This document shows positions 31,912 to 43,200 of a DNA stretch of 64,000 nt, in pieces; within the stretch, counting starts at the first letter, position 1, and each line of letters starts with the position of its first letter. The stretch covers positions 3,488,001 to 3,552,000 of the forward strand of contig OZ251539.1 in the NCBI GenBank assembly GCA_965243135.1, in the 5' to 3' direction. Position numbers and translations under genes: made by a program. The notes beneath the pieces are model-generated. The model searched no databases and had not been told where the DNA came from. It saw nothing but the letters and a program-made list of their open reading frames with translations. This stretch comes from Alphaproteobacteria bacterium (GTDB lineage Bacteria; Pseudomonadota; Alphaproteobacteria; MPNO01; UBA830).

Positions 31912-32440
31912 GGGGAGGAAGCTTTCCGCTCCGTCCGGCGGCCGCGTCCGGCCGACCGCCGAACGGGTGCGCGAGGCGCTTTTCAACGTTCTCCAGCACC
32001 GGGACTGGAACGCGCCGATCCGGGACGCGCGGGTACTGGACGCGTTCTGCGGCACCGGCGCGCTCGGGTTGGAAGCGCTGAGCCGGGGCGCGGCGCACGC
32101 CACGTTCATGGACAACGATTCGGACGCGGTCGCCTTCTGCCGCCGCAACATCGACGCGCTCGGAGAGGAGGCGCGGTCCGACCTTCTGTTCGGCAATTGC
32201 CTGCGCCCGGTTCGTCCGGCCAGATCCTGCACGCTGCTGTTCGCCGACCCTCCGTACCGCAAGGAGCTCGCGATTCCGGCGCTCGCGGCCCTCGACGCCG
32301 CCGGCTGGGTCGCGCCCGGCGCGGTTTGCGTTCTGGAGACGGGGATTCGCGAAGCCGCGGAGCCGCCCCCGGCGTTCCGGACGCTGGACGAACGGCGCTA
32401 CGGGGCGGCGCAGCTGCTTTTCCTGCAGCGCGGGGCGTGA
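31886..32440 (+). CDS. rsmD: 16S rRNA m2G966 methyltransferase
   Basis: MRIVSG, RPTAERVREALFN, LDAFCGTGALGLEALSRGA and DPPY. Confidence 0.93.
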   Translation: MRIVSGRHRGRKLSAPSGGRVRPTAERVREALFNVLQHRDWNAPIRDARVLDAFCGTGALGLEALSRGAAHATFMDNDSDAVAFCRRNIDALGEEARSDLLFGNCLRPVRPARSCTLLFADPPYRKELAIPALAALDAAGWVAPGAVCVLETGIREAAEPPPAFRTLDERRYGAAQLLFLQRGA

Positions 32441-32534
32441 CGCCGACAAGTCGCCGCGAAGGAACGCGCGCCGCTCTGGCCCGCCCGGTCCGGGATCGCG
32501 TATGATCGCGCGTCCCGTCAGAAGAGTTCCGTCC

Positions 32535-33158
32535 ATGGTTCGCAAGCCCCTCACCCGAGAAGAGCTCGACCGCGCCGACGAGAAGTCGCGAAAGCGAAAG
32601 CAGGCGCGGGACCGCATGCTCGCCGGAAAGACGGTCGAGAAGGGCCTGCTGATCGTCCATACCGGCAAGGGGAAGGGCAAGTCCACGGCGGCGTTCGGAC
32701 TCGCGGCGCGGGCCGTCGGCAACGGAATGAACGTGGGCATCGTGCAGTACGTCAAGGGCAAGTGGGAAACCGGCGAACGCGCCGTGCTGGAACGTTTCCC
32801 CGATCAGGTCACCATCCGCACGATGGGGGAGGGCTTCACTTGGGAAACCCAGGACCGGGCGCGGGACATCGCCGCGGCCGAAAAGGCTTGGGCGGTTTCC
32901 CGGGAGATGATTGCGGATCCTGCTTACGACCTGATCGTTCTCGACGAACTCAACATCGTGCTGCGCTACGACCACCTCGACCTCGGCGAGGTGCTCGACA
33001 CGCTGCGCGGCCGCCGCGAGACGCTGCACGTGGTGATCACCGGGCGCAACGCGAAGCCGGCCCTGATCGAGGCGGCGGATCTGGTGACCGAGATGACCCA
33101 GATCAAGCATCCGTTCCGCGAACAAAACGTCCGGGCCCAGAAGGGGATCGAATTCTAA
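32535..33158 (+). CDS. cobO: Cob(I)yrinic acid a,c-diamide adenosyltransferase
   Basis: HTGKGKGKSTAAFG, GEGFTW, LDELN, ITGRNA and KHPF...GIEF. Confidence 0.93.
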   Translation: MVRKPLTREELDRADEKSRKRKQARDRMLAGKTVEKGLLIVHTGKGKGKSTAAFGLAARAVGNGMNVGIVQYVKGKWETGERAVLERFPDQVTIRTMGEGFTWETQDRARDIAAAEKAWAVSREMIADPAYDLIVLDELNIVLRYDHLDLGEVLDTLRGRRETLHVVITGRNAKPALIEAADLVTEMTQIKHPFREQNVRAQKGIEF

Positions 33159-33545
33159 CCCGGATATCTCGGTGCGCCGCGGAAAGGCGCACCAAGGATC
33201 GTGATCTACTGCGGGCCGAAATTCTCGGAAGCGGACATCGACCGCGCAACGGGATCCACCTCTCAAACGCCCCCCTGTCGCGCGCGAATGCCTCGACTGG
33301 CGCAAGCCCAACGGCGACGTCAAAGACATGAACGCCCGCGTCGCCTCGTTGCGGACGCGGCAGCCTCTGCCGCCGTCGCAGCGCCTGCCGACTCGCGTGG
33401 CGCCTGCTCCCTGCGGCGTCCCCGACAGTTTCGTTTCCGACAGGTATCCTTCGAGTTGAAACGCGCCCGCGGCGCGTTCCGAACGCGGGACGAGCTGCGG
33501 TCAGCCCGTTCCACGCGCAGCGCGGCCCACTCCCCGGCCCGGCCG

Positions 33546-35291
33546 TCAGCGACGCCCGAACAGACGCTCGATGTCGGCCAGATCCAGAGACACGTAGGTA
33601 GGCCGGCCGTGGTTGCACTGGCCCGAATGAGGCGTCGCCTCCATGTCTCGCAGAAGCGCGTTCATCTCCTCGGGCGTCAGGCGGCGCCCCGATCTCACGC
33701 TGCCGTGACAGGCGAGGGTCGAGCACACCTCCTCCAAGCGCTCCTTCAGAGCGAAGCCCTCCCCGTGCTCCGCGAGATCGTCCGCCAGATCCCGCACGAG
33801 AGCGCCGGCGTCCACGGAGCCGAGAAGCGCCGGAACCTCCCGGACGACCACGGCGCCGGGGCCGAACCTCTCGACGACGAGTCCAAGTTCCCGGAATTCC
33901 TCCGCGCGGCCGCAGACCAGGTCGACGGCGGCGTCCTCCAACTCCACGACCGCCGGAACGAGGAGCCCCTGCCGTTCCACGCCGCCGTCCGCGAGCCGCG
34001 CCTTCATGCGCTCGTAGACCAGCCGCTCGTGCGCCGCGTGCTGGTCGACGATCACGATTCCGGATTCCGTCTGGGCGACGATGTAGTTTTCGTGGAGCTG
34101 GGCGCGCGCGACGCCCAGCGGCCCGCCTCGCGGCGGCGCCTCCTCGACGGGGGCGGCGCGGGCGGACGGGCGGTCGAAGCCCGGCAGCGTCCCGGCGAAC
34201 GGCGCCGGAGATTCGCGGACGGGAGGGCTTTCCGGCCTCCGGCCGCCGCCCGGCCGGAAAGCGTCGAACGCGGCCGTCGCCACGGTCGTCGACGCCCGGT
34301 GCCCGGCCGTCTCGAGCGCGCGCCTGAGCCCGCCCACGATCAGCCCGCGCACCAGCGAAACGTCCCGGAACCGCACTTCCGTCTTGGCGGGATGCACGTT
34401 CACGTCGACGGCCTCCGGCGGCGCGTCGAGGAACAGCGCGACCATGGGGTGCCTGTCGCGCGCGAGAAAATCCTGATACGCGCCGCGAACCGCGCCGATC
34501 AGCATGCGGTCCTGGACGGGCCGGCCGTTCACGAACAGGAACTGCGCCCGGCCGTTGCCGCGGTTCAGCGTCGGCAGGCCGGCGTAACCCGAAAGCTGCG
34601 CGCCGCCCCGGTCGGCCTCGACCGGCACGGCGTTGTCCGCGAACTCCCGCCCCATCGCCGCCGACAGGCGGTCGAGGCGCGCGCCGCCGCCGTCCGCCCG
34701 CGGGTACCGAAAACGCTCGCGGGCGCCGTCCGACAGGGAAAACGCGATGCCGGGATGGGCCATCGCGAGCCGCCGCAGGGCGTCGGCCGCGTAGTCGAAC
34801 TCGGTCCGCGCCGACTTGAGGAACTTCAGCCGCGCCGGCGTGGCGTAGAACAGGTCGCGCACCTCGATGCGCGTGCCGGCCCGCAGCGCCGCCGGAGCCG
34901 GCCGGCCCTTGCGGCCCGCCTCGACGTCGATGGCGAAAGCGTCCGGCGCGCCTTCGGCGCGGCTCGCGATGCGCAGACGCGCGACCGCCCCGATCGAAGG
35001 CAGCGCCTCGCCGCGGAAACCGAGCGTGCGGATGTTCACGAGGTCTTCGTCCGGCAGCTTCGACGTCGCATGGCGCTCGACCGCCAGAAGCAGCTCGTCC
35101 GCGGTCATTCCCCGCCCGTCGTCGACCACCGATATCCGCACGCGTCCGCCGTCCTCGAGCGCGACCTCGACGTGGCGCGCCCCGGCGTCGACCGCGTTTT
35201 CGGCGAGCTCCTTCACGACCGCCGCCGGCCGCTCGATCACCTCGCCGGCGGCGATGCGGTTGACGAGCGTTTCGGGCAGAAGGCGGATCAC
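33546..35291 (-). CDS. mutL: DNA mismatch repair endonuclease MutL
   Basis: [35 protein letters not shown] and CNHGRP. GTG start. Confidence 0.96.
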   Translation of the reverse strand: MIRLLPETLVNRIAAGEVIERPAAVVKELAENAVDAGARHVEVALEDGGRVRISVVDDGRGMTADELLLAVERHATSKLPDEDLVNIRTLGFRGEALPSIGAVARLRIASRAEGAPDAFAIDVEAGRKGRPAPAALRAGTRIEVRDLFYATPARLKFLKSARTEFDYAADALRRLAMAHPGIAFSLSDGARERFRYPRADGGGARLDRLSAAMGREFADNAVPVEADRGGAQLSGYAGLPTLNRGNGRAQFLFVNGRPVQDRMLIGAVRGAYQDFLARDRHPMVALFLDAPPEAVDVNVHPAKTEVRFRDVSLVRGLIVGGLRRALETAGHRASTTVATAAFDAFRPGGGRRPESPPVRESPAPFAGTLPGFDRPSARAAPVEEAPPRGGPLGVARAQLHENYIVAQTESGIVIVDQHAAHERLVYERMKARLADGGVERQGLLVPAVVELEDAAVDLVCGRAEEFRELGLVVERFGPGAVVVREVPALLGSVDAGALVRDLADDLAEHGEGFALKERLEEVCSTLACHGSVRSGRRLTPEEMNALLRDMEATPHSGQCNHGRPTYVSLDLADIERLFGRR

Positions 35292-36556
35292 GGCTTCGCT
35301 CCCGAAAGATAGGCGCGCGCGAGAACCTTGCCCTCCTCGACGGCCGGCTGGTCGAACGGGTCCACGCCCAGCAGGCGCGCGGCGACGACGGTCTCCAGCA
35401 TGAAATGCATCATCAGCGCGCCGAGAGCGCGCTCGTCGACGGCCGGGAGGCGGAACGTCCGCACCGGGCGCCCCCTGTTCGCCAGCGCGGCGGCGGTGGC
35501 GCGCGCCTCCGCGTCGAACAGGTCTCCCATGGCGCGTCCCCGCATGTAGGGCACGTCCCCGGCGAGGTCGTCGGCGACCCGCGGGCCGCCGCCGGCGCTG
35601 TCCGGCAGGATCAGCGTGAACATCTTGTCCGCGGGGCCGTCGAGGTAGAGTTGAAGCTGGCTGTGCTGGTCCACGGTTCCCGCGGCGGCGACCGGCGTCG
35701 CGCCGAGGCCGTCCTTTCCGAGGCTCTCCGCCCGGAGCTGGCAGTACCAGCGCGCGAACGGCGCCAGCCGGTCGCAGTAGGGCATCAGGACGGACACGCC
35801 GCGGCCGAGGCCCGCCTCCGCCGCCGCGCCGCAGGCGGGCGGCGGCGCCTCGTCTCCCCGGAGAACGCCGTCGAGCGCGAACGCGGCGCCCTCCCGCGCG
35901 GCGACCGGATCGAGGCCCGCGATCGCCGCCGGGAGCAATCCCGTCACCGACAGCGCGGAGAAGCGCCCGCCGACGCCGGGATCGTGGTCGAGGCGCCGCA
36001 TGCCGAACCTGTCCGCGAGCGCCGCGAGCGGGCTGTCGCCCGGCTGCGTGACGGCGACCATCCGGTCCCCCGGCGCGCCGAGGGCCTTCCGCATCGCGTC
36101 GACGACGAGCGCGGCCTGGGTCATCGTCTCCGCCGTGGATCCGGATTTGGAGACGGCGACGACGCCGGCGCGGTCGAGCGCGACGGAGTCGAGCAGGGCG
36201 GCGAACGCGTGGGGGTCGACGTTCTCCATGAAATGAATCCGCGGACGCTCGCCGGCAGGCTCCGCGAGGGCGCACAGCGTCTTGCCGCCGAGCGACGAGC
36301 CGCCGGTGCCGAGAACGATCACGTCGTCGAATCTCTCGCGGAACTCCGCCGCCGCTTCGGCGATGGCCGGGAGGTCGTCGCGCCGTTCCGGCAGACGCAA
36401 CATCGGCAGAGAGCCGTCCGCGTGGGCAGCGCGAATCCCGTCGAGAGCCGCGGCGGCCTCTTCCAGGCGCTCCCGGTAGACCGGTCGCGCAAGCCCGCCC
36501 TCGCCGATGGATTCGGCGAAGCAGTCCGTCAGGTTCTGGTCGTAAGGCGCCGTCAC
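35288..36556 (-). CDS. pgi: Glucose-6-phosphate isomerase
   Basis: [35 protein letters not shown] and [11 protein letters not shown]. Confidence 0.93.
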   Translation of the reverse strand: MTAPYDQNLTDCFAESIGEGGLARPVYRERLEEAAAALDGIRAAHADGSLPMLRLPERRDDLPAIAEAAAEFRERFDDVIVLGTGGSSLGGKTLCALAEPAGERPRIHFMENVDPHAFAALLDSVALDRAGVVAVSKSGSTAETMTQAALVVDAMRKALGAPGDRMVAVTQPGDSPLAALADRFGMRRLDHDPGVGGRFSALSVTGLLPAAIAGLDPVAAREGAAFALDGVLRGDEAPPPACGAAAEAGLGRGVSVLMPYCDRLAPFARWYCQLRAESLGKDGLGATPVAAAGTVDQHSQLQLYLDGPADKMFTLILPDSAGGGPRVADDLAGDVPYMRGRAMGDLFDAEARATAAALANRGRPVRTFRLPAVDERALGALMMHFMLETVVAARLLGVDPFDQPAVEEGKVLARAYLSGAKP

Positions 36557-36618
36557 GTCATGCCCCCGCGAGAGATCGACGAAGTAATGTAGGGCGCGGA
36601 ATCGAATCGGAAAGGGCG

Positions 36619-37935
36619 TCAGGGGCTCGCTGCGACGCCTTCCGGATCGCCGACGACGACGACGGCGAGGTCTTCGGCGCGGAAAATCCTGCGCGCCACG
36701 CGATTGGCCTGCTCAAGCGTGACGGAATCGATCAGGCGGCGGCGCTCGTCCACGTAGTCGATTCCGAGCCGGGCGAGCTGGATGCCGACCAGCGTGTCGG
36801 CGATCCGCCTGCCGGAATCGAAGCGCAGCGGGAAGGAGCCGTTCAGATAGGTCTTCGCGTCGCGAAGCTCTTTCCCGTCGACTCCGTCCCTGGCGATCCG
36901 CCGCCACTCCCCGCGAATCGTTTCCAGCGCCTCGCTGGCGCGCGCGTTGCGGGTGGCGACGCCCCCGGCCACCAGGGCCGCGCGATCCATGGGATGCAGG
37001 TAGGCGTAAACGGAATAGGCGAGGCCGCGCTTGTTGCGCACGGCCTCGTTAAGCCGGGAATTGAGGCCGCCCCCGCCGAGGATTTCCGTCACCAGCAGCG
37101 CGGCGTACCAGTCGGGATCGTCGCGCGCGATGCCCGCATGGCCGAACACCATGGAGCTCTGCGGAACCTGCTTGCGGACGATCAGCGTCTTCCCGGCGGC
37201 CGCGGGAACGGTCCGGGGAATCTCCGGGCGAGGAGCTGACGCCGGCAGATCGCCGAAGACTTCGTCCAGGCGCTCCCTGAGTTCGTCCCCCGCGACGTCC
37301 CCGACGACGCCGACGACGAGGCGGTCGCGGCCGAAACGGTCGCGCGCGTAGCTCCTGAGATCTTCCGGGGAGATCGCCGAAACCGATTCCTCCGTGCCGG
37401 TTCCCGGCCGGCCGTAGACGTGCCCGGGAAAGACGGCGGCGCGCCACTGCCTGCCGCCGATCTTCCGCGGATCCTCGGCCGCGGCGCGCAGCGACGCGAC
37501 GATCTGTCCGCGTATCCGTTCGACGGGTTCGGAATCGAAGCGCGGCGCGGTCAGCGCGAGCCGCAAAAGGCCGAAGGCGCGGTCCCGCTCCGACGCGAGC
37601 GTCTGGAGCCGCCCCGAGAAATCGTCCGCGTCGGCGTCGAACGACAGTCTGGCGGCGGTTTCCTCGAGCGCCCGCTGGAACGACTGGGAATCGACGTCGC
37701 CCGCGCCCTCGTCGAGCAGCGCGGAAGCCATGTCGGCCAGCCCTTCCTTGCCGTCGGGGTCGGAGGACCAGCCGGCGCCCCTGAACGCGAAACTCACCGC
37801 GATCAACGGCACGGACCGGTCGCGCACGAACCAGGCCGAGACGCCCTTGCCGGAGACGACCTGCTGGATGTCGACGGACGCCGCCGGAAGCGGCAGCGCC
37901 GCGACGAGGAGCAGGACCGCCAGCCGGAGCTTCAC
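36619..37935 (-). CDS. M16 family peptidase, non-catalytic-type subunit
   Basis: Signal peptide, LLDEGAG and SRL...VRNKRGLAYS; no HxxEH motif. Confidence 0.88.
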   Translation of the reverse strand: MKLRLAVLLLVAALPLPAASVDIQQVVSGKGVSAWFVRDRSVPLIAVSFAFRGAGWSSDPDGKEGLADMASALLDEGAGDVDSQSFQRALEETAARLSFDADADDFSGRLQTLASERDRAFGLLRLALTAPRFDSEPVERIRGQIVASLRAAAEDPRKIGGRQWRAAVFPGHVYGRPGTGTEESVSAISPEDLRSYARDRFGRDRLVVGVVGDVAGDELRERLDEVFGDLPASAPRPEIPRTVPAAAGKTLIVRKQVPQSSMVFGHAGIARDDPDWYAALLVTEILGGGGLNSRLNEAVRNKRGLAYSVYAYLHPMDRAALVAGGVATRNARASEALETIRGEWRRIARDGVDGKELRDAKTYLNGSFPLRFDSGRRIADTLVGIQLARLGIDYVDERRRLIDSVTLEQANRVARRIFRAEDLAVVVVGDPEGVAASP

Positions 37936-39284
37936 GGCTTCCCCGGCAGCAGAACGCCGGTCACCGACCGGCGAAGGTCGAGCGCCTTCCGGGCGGCCGA
38001 CATGATTTCCGGTCCGGTCACCGCGGCGATCCGGTCGGGCCAGGATTCCACGTCCTCGATCGTCCGGCCGACCGCGAAGGCCCGTCCGATGGCCATGGGT
38101 CCGGCGCGAAGGCCGTCGCGAGCGTAGACCGCGGCGCTCGCCATCAGGCGCTTGGCGCGCCGGACGTCCCGCGCCTCGAAGCCTTCCTCGAGGGCGGCCT
38201 CCAGCTCCTCCTCCAAGGCGGCTTCGAGCGCTTCGACGTATCCGCCGGGCCTGGGAGTGGCGTACAGCCCGAACTCGGCGTAATCGCGGGAATCGCCGGA
38301 AAACCATGCGCCGGCGCCGGCCGCCAGTCCGCGCTCGACCACGAGCCTGCGATAGAGGCGGCTCGTGGACCCGCCGCCCAGCAGTTCCGCGAAAACCTCC
38401 AGCGCGTGCAGCCGGTCCTCGAAGTCCGGGACCAGATACATCCTGGACCACGACGGCTGGCGGACGCGGTCGCTGGTCAGGGTCACGCGGCGCGGCGCCA
38501 GGTGCGGCGGCTCCTTCCCCCGCTCGCGCGCCGGCGCGGCGCGGGAGGAAATCGGGCCGTAGTGCTTGCGGGCCAGTTCCTTCACCCGGTCCGGCGTCAC
38601 GTCGCCCGCGACGATGAGCATGGCGTTTCCGGGCGCGTAGTGCCGCCGGTAGAAGGCCATGGCCTTGTCCGTCGTCAGCCGCCTTATCTCGCTCTCCCAG
38701 CCGATCACGGGCCTGCCGTAGGGATGATTGAGATAGAGGAGCCGCCGCATCCGTTCGCGCAGCTGCGCCGCCGGCCGGTTGTCGGTGCGGGAGCGCCGCT
38801 CCTCGAGAACGACCTCGCGTTCGGGCAGAACGACGACGTCGGTCAACGCGAGATTCCGCATCCGGTCGGCCTCGATCCGCATGACCGTTTCGAGCTCGTG
38901 CGCCGCCACGCGCTGGAAATAGGCCGAATAGTCGTAGCTGGTGAAGGCGTTGTCCCGGCCGCCGACGCGGGCGACGATCCGCGAGAACTCCCCGGGCTCG
39001 AGGTTCTTCGTGCCCCTGAACATCAGGTGTTCGACGAGATGCGCGAGGCCGATCTCGCCGGGCCGTTCGTCGGCCGCGCCGACCCGGTACCACACCATCT
39101 GCATGACGATGGGCGCCCGGTCGTTTTCCAGCACGACGACCTCGAGGCCGTTGTCCAGCTTGAAGCCGACCGGGTTGAACACGCCCGCCGCGGCGGGCGG
39201 CGGCGCGGCGAGGCAGACGGCGAGCGCGAGCGACCCGAGCGCCGCCGGGAAGGGCAGCCGGCCCGCGCCGCGCCGCGCGGTCAG
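37932..39284 (-). CDS. M16 family (pitrilysin-like) zinc peptidase
   Basis: LDNGL, GLAHLVEHLMFRGT and NAFTSYD. Start codon uncertain. Confidence 0.88.
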   Translation of the reverse strand: MTARRGAGRLPFPAALGSLALAVCLAAPPPAAAGVFNPVGFKLDNGLEVVVLENDRAPIVMQMVWYRVGAADERPGEIGLAHLVEHLMFRGTKNLEPGEFSRIVARVGGRDNAFTSYDYSAYFQRVAAHELETVMRIEADRMRNLALTDVVVLPEREVVLEERRSRTDNRPAAQLRERMRRLLYLNHPYGRPVIGWESEIRRLTTDKAMAFYRRHYAPGNAMLIVAGDVTPDRVKELARKHYGPISSRAAPARERGKEPPHLAPRRVTLTSDRVRQPSWSRMYLVPDFEDRLHALEVFAELLGGGSTSRLYRRLVVERGLAAGAGAWFSGDSRDYAEFGLYATPRPGGYVEALEAALEEELEAALEEGFEARDVRRAKRLMASAAVYARDGLRAGPMAIGRAFAVGRTIEDVESWPDRIAAVTGPEIMSAARKALDLRRSVTGVLLPGKP

Positions 39285-39820
39285 TTGAAGATCCTCTCGA
39301 TCCAGCCTCTGGACCTGCGCTCGATCCGCGGCGTCTCGCCCTCGGTCGGCGGCTTGCCCCGTTCGGCGTTCTCCCGAAGCCGTTCGGCTTCCCGTTTCGC
39401 GTCGACCACGTCTTCCGACCCCGCGTCGTCGCCCCGGGAAAGGATGCGGTCCACGAAACCCCGGTCCTCCGCCTTCAGGACCGAAGCGTCGCGATCGAGC
39501 TTGCGGCGAATGCCGGGTTCGGCGTCCGCCGCGCGCGAGGCTTCCAGCAGTTCCGCTTCTCCCGACGAGGCGGACGCTTCGTCCTGCGAATCCGGAGCCA
39601 GCAGATCCTGCGCCTCGGTCGCGACCTCCGGCTCCTGGGGCCGCGCCGCGCCCGGCCGGGGCGGCCGCAGCCCGTAATCGGGCGGCAGGCTCAGAGGCGC
39701 CCGCGTGACGACCGCGAACTCGTCGGGCGATTGTTTTTCGAGCCCGGAAACCTGCCGCACCTGGTCGCATGCCGACAGAGCCAGCAGCGCCGCCACGCAG
39801 CCGAGAACCTTCGCTTTCAT
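39281..39820 (-). CDS. DUF3035 lipoprotein
   Basis: Lipobox LSAC and PDEFAVVTRAPLSLPPDYGLRPPRPGAARPQE. Confidence 0.88.
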   Translation of the reverse strand: MKAKVLGCVAALLALSACDQVRQVSGLEKQSPDEFAVVTRAPLSLPPDYGLRPPRPGAARPQEPEVATEAQDLLAPDSQDEASASSGEAELLEASRAADAEPGIRRKLDRDASVLKAEDRGFVDRILSRGDDAGSEDVVDAKREAERLRENAERGKPPTEGETPRIERRSRGWIERIFN

Positions 39821-40320
39821 GGATGCCTCTCCCTGTCGTCGGCCCGTTTCAATTTAGGGTCGCGGCGGCCTCCGATCAAGCCGTCCACGACGATGGCGGC
39901 GACGCCGACCGAAATCGCCGCGTCGGCGGCGTTGAACGCCGGCCAATGATACCCGAAGGCGTGAAAATCGAGGAAGTCGGCGACGGCGCCGTGCACCAGG
40001 CGGTCGACGACGTTGCCGGCCGCGCCGCCGATGACGAGGCCGAGCGCGGCGGCGAGCGGCCGCGAGCCGACGCGCGCGAGCCAGACGGCCAGTCCGGCGC
40101 AGATCGCCGCGGCGACGGCGACGAGCAGATATCGCCCCCAGGCCGGCGCCGATCCGAACAGGCCGAAGCTCGCGCCCGCGTTCCACACCATGACCAAGTT
40201 GAAGAACGGCGCGACCTCGATGACCCGGGGCGGGTTCATCACGCCGTAGACGATCCAGGCCTTCGACGCCTGGTCGAGCGCGGCGGTCGCGGCGGCCACC
40301 GACAGTCCGTAGCGAAGCAA
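39817..40320 (-). CDS. lspA: Lipoprotein signal peptidase II
   Basis: DQASK, NAGASFG, GNVVDR, GAVADF and WPAFNAAD. TTG start. Confidence 0.93.
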   Translation of the reverse strand: MLRYGLSVAAATAALDQASKAWIVYGVMNPPRVIEVAPFFNLVMVWNAGASFGLFGSAPAWGRYLLVAVAAAICAGLAVWLARVGSRPLAAALGLVIGGAAGNVVDRLVHGAVADFLDFHAFGYHWPAFNAADAAISVGVAAIVVDGLIGGRRDPKLKRADDRERHP

Positions 40321-40331
40321 GGCGCCTTCGC

Positions 40332-41276
40332 CTATCCGGCCGGAGGCGCGCCGCCTTCGAGCGCGGCGCGGGCAGCGGCGCAGTCGCGGGCGATCTGCTC
40401 CCGCAGGCTCTCGACGCCGTCGAACTTCCGTTCGGAACGGATGTAGGCGGCGAAGGCGACCCGCAGCAGCCGGCCGTAGAGGTCGCCGGCGAAATCGAAA
40501 ACGTGGGCCTCGACGTTCACGTCTTCCCCGCCGAAAGTGGGGCGGCGGCCGACGTTCGCGCAGCCCGCGCGCCAGACGGTCGCGCCGTCCTCCTCGACGC
40601 CGGCCCATACGGCGTAGACGCCGAGGGCAGGCTCGATGTATTCGCCGATCGGGAGGTTCGCGGTCGGAAATCCGATCTGCCGGCCGCGCCTGTTTCCTTC
40701 GGCGACGACGCCCTCCACCTCCCAGAGGCGGCCGAGCAGGGAGGCGGCGCCGACGGGGTCGCCGCCTGCCAGGAAGGCGCGAATGCTGGTCGACGAGCAG
40801 GCCGCGCCGCCCGCGTCCTTGACCGGTTCGACGACGGACAACCCGAAGCCGTCCTCCGCGGCCCGGTCCCGCAGGTAGCCGGCGTCGCCCTTGCGGCCGG
40901 CGCCGAACATGAAGTCGTAGCCGACGGCGACGTGCCTGGCGGCGAAGCCGCCGCGGACGAAGACGTCGACGAACCGGCCGTGGCCGATTCGTGCGGTTTC
41001 GCGGTCGAAGCCGACGACGAGGAGGTGGTCCACGCCGAGCGCCCGGAGGCGCCGCGCCTTTCCGTCGAGGGGCGTGAGCTGGAAGGACGGCTCGTCCGGC
41101 CGGAAGAAGCGCCGGGGATGCGGTTCGAACGTGATCACGGCCAGCGGCGCGCCGCGCGCCGCCGCCTCGGAGATCACGGCCTGGTGGCCGAGGTGCACGC
41201 CGTCGAAATTGCCGATGGCGACCGCGGATCCGCGGGCGGCGTCCGGCAGGTCGGCCACGTTTCTGGAAATCCGCAT
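40332..41276 (-). CDS. ribF: Bifunctional riboflavin kinase/FAD synthetase
   Basis: GNFDGVHLGHQ, SSTSIR, GRQIGFPTAN and GRRPTF. Confidence 0.95.
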   Translation of the reverse strand: MRISRNVADLPDAARGSAVAIGNFDGVHLGHQAVISEAAARGAPLAVITFEPHPRRFFRPDEPSFQLTPLDGKARRLRALGVDHLLVVGFDRETARIGHGRFVDVFVRGGFAARHVAVGYDFMFGAGRKGDAGYLRDRAAEDGFGLSVVEPVKDAGGAACSSTSIRAFLAGGDPVGAASLLGRLWEVEGVVAEGNRRGRQIGFPTANLPIGEYIEPALGVYAVWAGVEEDGATVWRAGCANVGRRPTFGGEDVNVEAHVFDFAGDLYGRLLRVAFAAYIRSERKFDGVESLREQIARDCAAARAALEGGAPPAG

Positions 41277-41329
41277 GGCGGCGGTCTAGTAGTCGGCGGG
41301 GCGGCCCGTGTCAAACCGCCCGCCGGGAA

Positions 41330-41803
41330 TCAGGGTTTTCGGCGGCTCGGCACCCAGAGGGTCGCCACGCCGTCGATGACGACCTTTTCGCCGATGGAGC
41401 AGACGACCTCGCAGGTCGCCCTGTTCGCTTCCGGTTCGACCAGCTTGACCGTCACGCGGGTCTGGACCGTATCCCCGATGCGCACCGGCGCCCGGAAGTT
41501 GAGGTTCTGATTGAGGTAGGCGCAGCCGGGTCCGGGCAGCTGGGTGCCGAGCACGGCGGAGATGTAGCCGCAGGTCAGCATGCCGTGGGCGATGCGGCCC
41601 TTGAACACGGTTCTGCGGGCGAACTCGTCGTTCACGTGAAGCGGGTTGTCGTCCCCCGAGATCTGCGAGTACTGGACGATGTCGGTCTCGGTCACCGTCC
41701 GCACGTAGACCTTCGTCATTCCGGCTTCGAGTTCGTCGATGTAGAAGCCGCGCAATTCGTCGAAGCTGGCGACGACCGCCGCCGGGAGGGTTTGCTGATC
41801 CAT
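41330..41803 (-). CDS. MaoC family (R)-specific enoyl-CoA hydratase
   Basis: SGDDNPLH, RIAHGML, LPGPG and FRAPVRIGD. Confidence 0.9.
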   Translation of the reverse strand: MDQQTLPAAVVASFDELRGFYIDELEAGMTKVYVRTVTETDIVQYSQISGDDNPLHVNDEFARRTVFKGRIAHGMLTCGYISAVLGTQLPGPGCAYLNQNLNFRAPVRIGDTVQTRVTVKLVEPEANRATCEVVCSIGEKVVIDGVATLWVPSRRKP

Positions 41804-41998
41804 CGGTCCTTCCAGAAATGTCCGGCGGGCAGCCTGCACGTTTCGGTTTTGCATTGCAACATGAAATTTGATGCGGCGCACATGGGGCGTCCAGGCGCGA
41901 CCGGCGATTCCGCGAAGCCGCCGGTTCCGGAGGCAGCGCTGGGGGGCGGTACGGAAGCCGTTCGGCCGCAACTCCCCGCAGTCGCCCGCTTCCGCAGG

Positions 41999-42497
41999 TC
42001 AGCAGCCCCTTCCCCCGGACCGCGTTTCCGCCGCGATTCGCCTCGTCCGTCGGAATCGCGCGACTCGCCCGCGAAACGGATTCGCGCCGCACGCCTCTTC
42101 CGAACACGTCCTTCGGTTCCGTAGCCGCGCTACGCGCCTTCGCGCCGCACCCGACAGCGCCTCCACACGCCGGACGACCTCGCTGCGGTCAAGCGGCAAA
42201 AAGCCGGCACAGGAGTAGCGGAACCGGACAGCGTAAGGCGCGTACTCGACCATTTCGTCGAATAGGGAAGCGCTTTCGTCGCGCCTCCTTAACCGCTCCA
42301 GCAAGCGCACGAGACTGCGGATTGTCGGGTACGTCTCGCCCAGCAACGCGAGCCATGCCTTAAACAACTTTTCGACCGCCTGTTGCGCATGGAAGCCAAA
42401 TATCTGCGAAAGTGTCTGCATCTCCCATGCCGCGCAGGGCGGACAGATCCCTTTCGGCGGCTTCCAGAAGTTCGCGCGCTTGCTTATGGTCGCTCAT
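41999..42497 (-). pseudogene. HEPN domain protein, frameshifted (~42405)
   Basis: MSDHKQARELLEAAERDLSAL in one frame, then IFGFHAQQAVEKLFKAWL...YAVRFRY in another. Confidence 0.8.
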
Positions 42498-42819
42498 AGA
42501 GCGTCCTTCCTTCCCGCAGCGCGCGAGCGGCGACATGGTTGAGGGAGTCGCGCCAGTACGCCATCTCGTCTTTGCTGTAAACAAGAACGTCGACATCGAT
42601 ATCGAACCCCGCCAACGCCCGGTAGAGGCGCACGGCTTCAGCGCGGCGACACCGGCCGGCACCGAAGGGTTCGGCCTCCACGACGAGCAAATCGACATCG
42701 GACTCCGCCGTCGCGCCGCCCCGCGCCCGCGAGCCGAACAGGATGACCTGCTCCGGATCCGCCTCGTCCACGATAACGCGCACCATCCGGTCGAGCAGCG
42801 CGGCGCCCGCCTGCGTCAC
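42484..42819 (-). CDS. Minimal nucleotidyltransferase (MNT) antitoxin-like protein
   Basis: VILFGSRARG...SDVDLLV motif, directly upstream of the HEPN gene. Confidence 0.88.
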   Translation of the reverse strand: MTQAGAALLDRMVRVIVDEADPEQVILFGSRARGGATAESDVDLLVVEAEPFGAGRCRRAEAVRLYRALAGFDIDVDVLVYSKDEMAYWRDSLNHVAARALREGRTLYERP

Positions 42820-43200
42820 GGCGCCGTTTCCTCGAAAAGCATCGAGACGCTTACATGGCTCGTCCGCGCCGGTACCGAAAATCCCTCGAAAGGTCTGGCG
42901 GGAAGCCAGTTCCGATCAGGGCGCTCGATGCCGACCGCTGCGGTTACCCCAAACGAAGGTTCGGCATCGTCCGCGCCGAACGAGACCGTCCGGCCAACCG
43001 TATCGTCTCCGAAGTCTCCAGCAGCCATGTCGATCGCGATCCCGTTTCCCATTTTATGGACGCGCCGGTCCCAATGTTCGAGTTCGACCGCTTCCGGTCC
43101 GGGTGCGCAGGAAGCCAACGCGCCCGCCGGGACAAGCCCTTCCCGCACCCGCCCGGCGGGATCGCTGATCGTCGCCATGACGCGCGTCGTTCCCCTCGAC
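42816..43200 (-). pseudogene. Degenerate clan AA aspartic protease-like gene
   Basis: GTTRVMATISDPA...FGADDAEPSFGVTA.VGIE resembles small clan AA proteases, but the DTG motif is missing. Confidence 0.45.

Noticed and set aside
33201-33310. Fragment MIYCGPKFSEADIDR resembling a DUF4338-protein N-terminus
   Set aside because: Too short and degraded to support without a search.
667-39093. Many long antisense or alternate-frame ORFs (e.g. 667..2460, 14434..17025, 28190..31156, 33201..35312)
   Set aside because: Arg/Gly/Pro-rich shadow ORFs overlapping well-supported genes, as expected in high-GC DNA.
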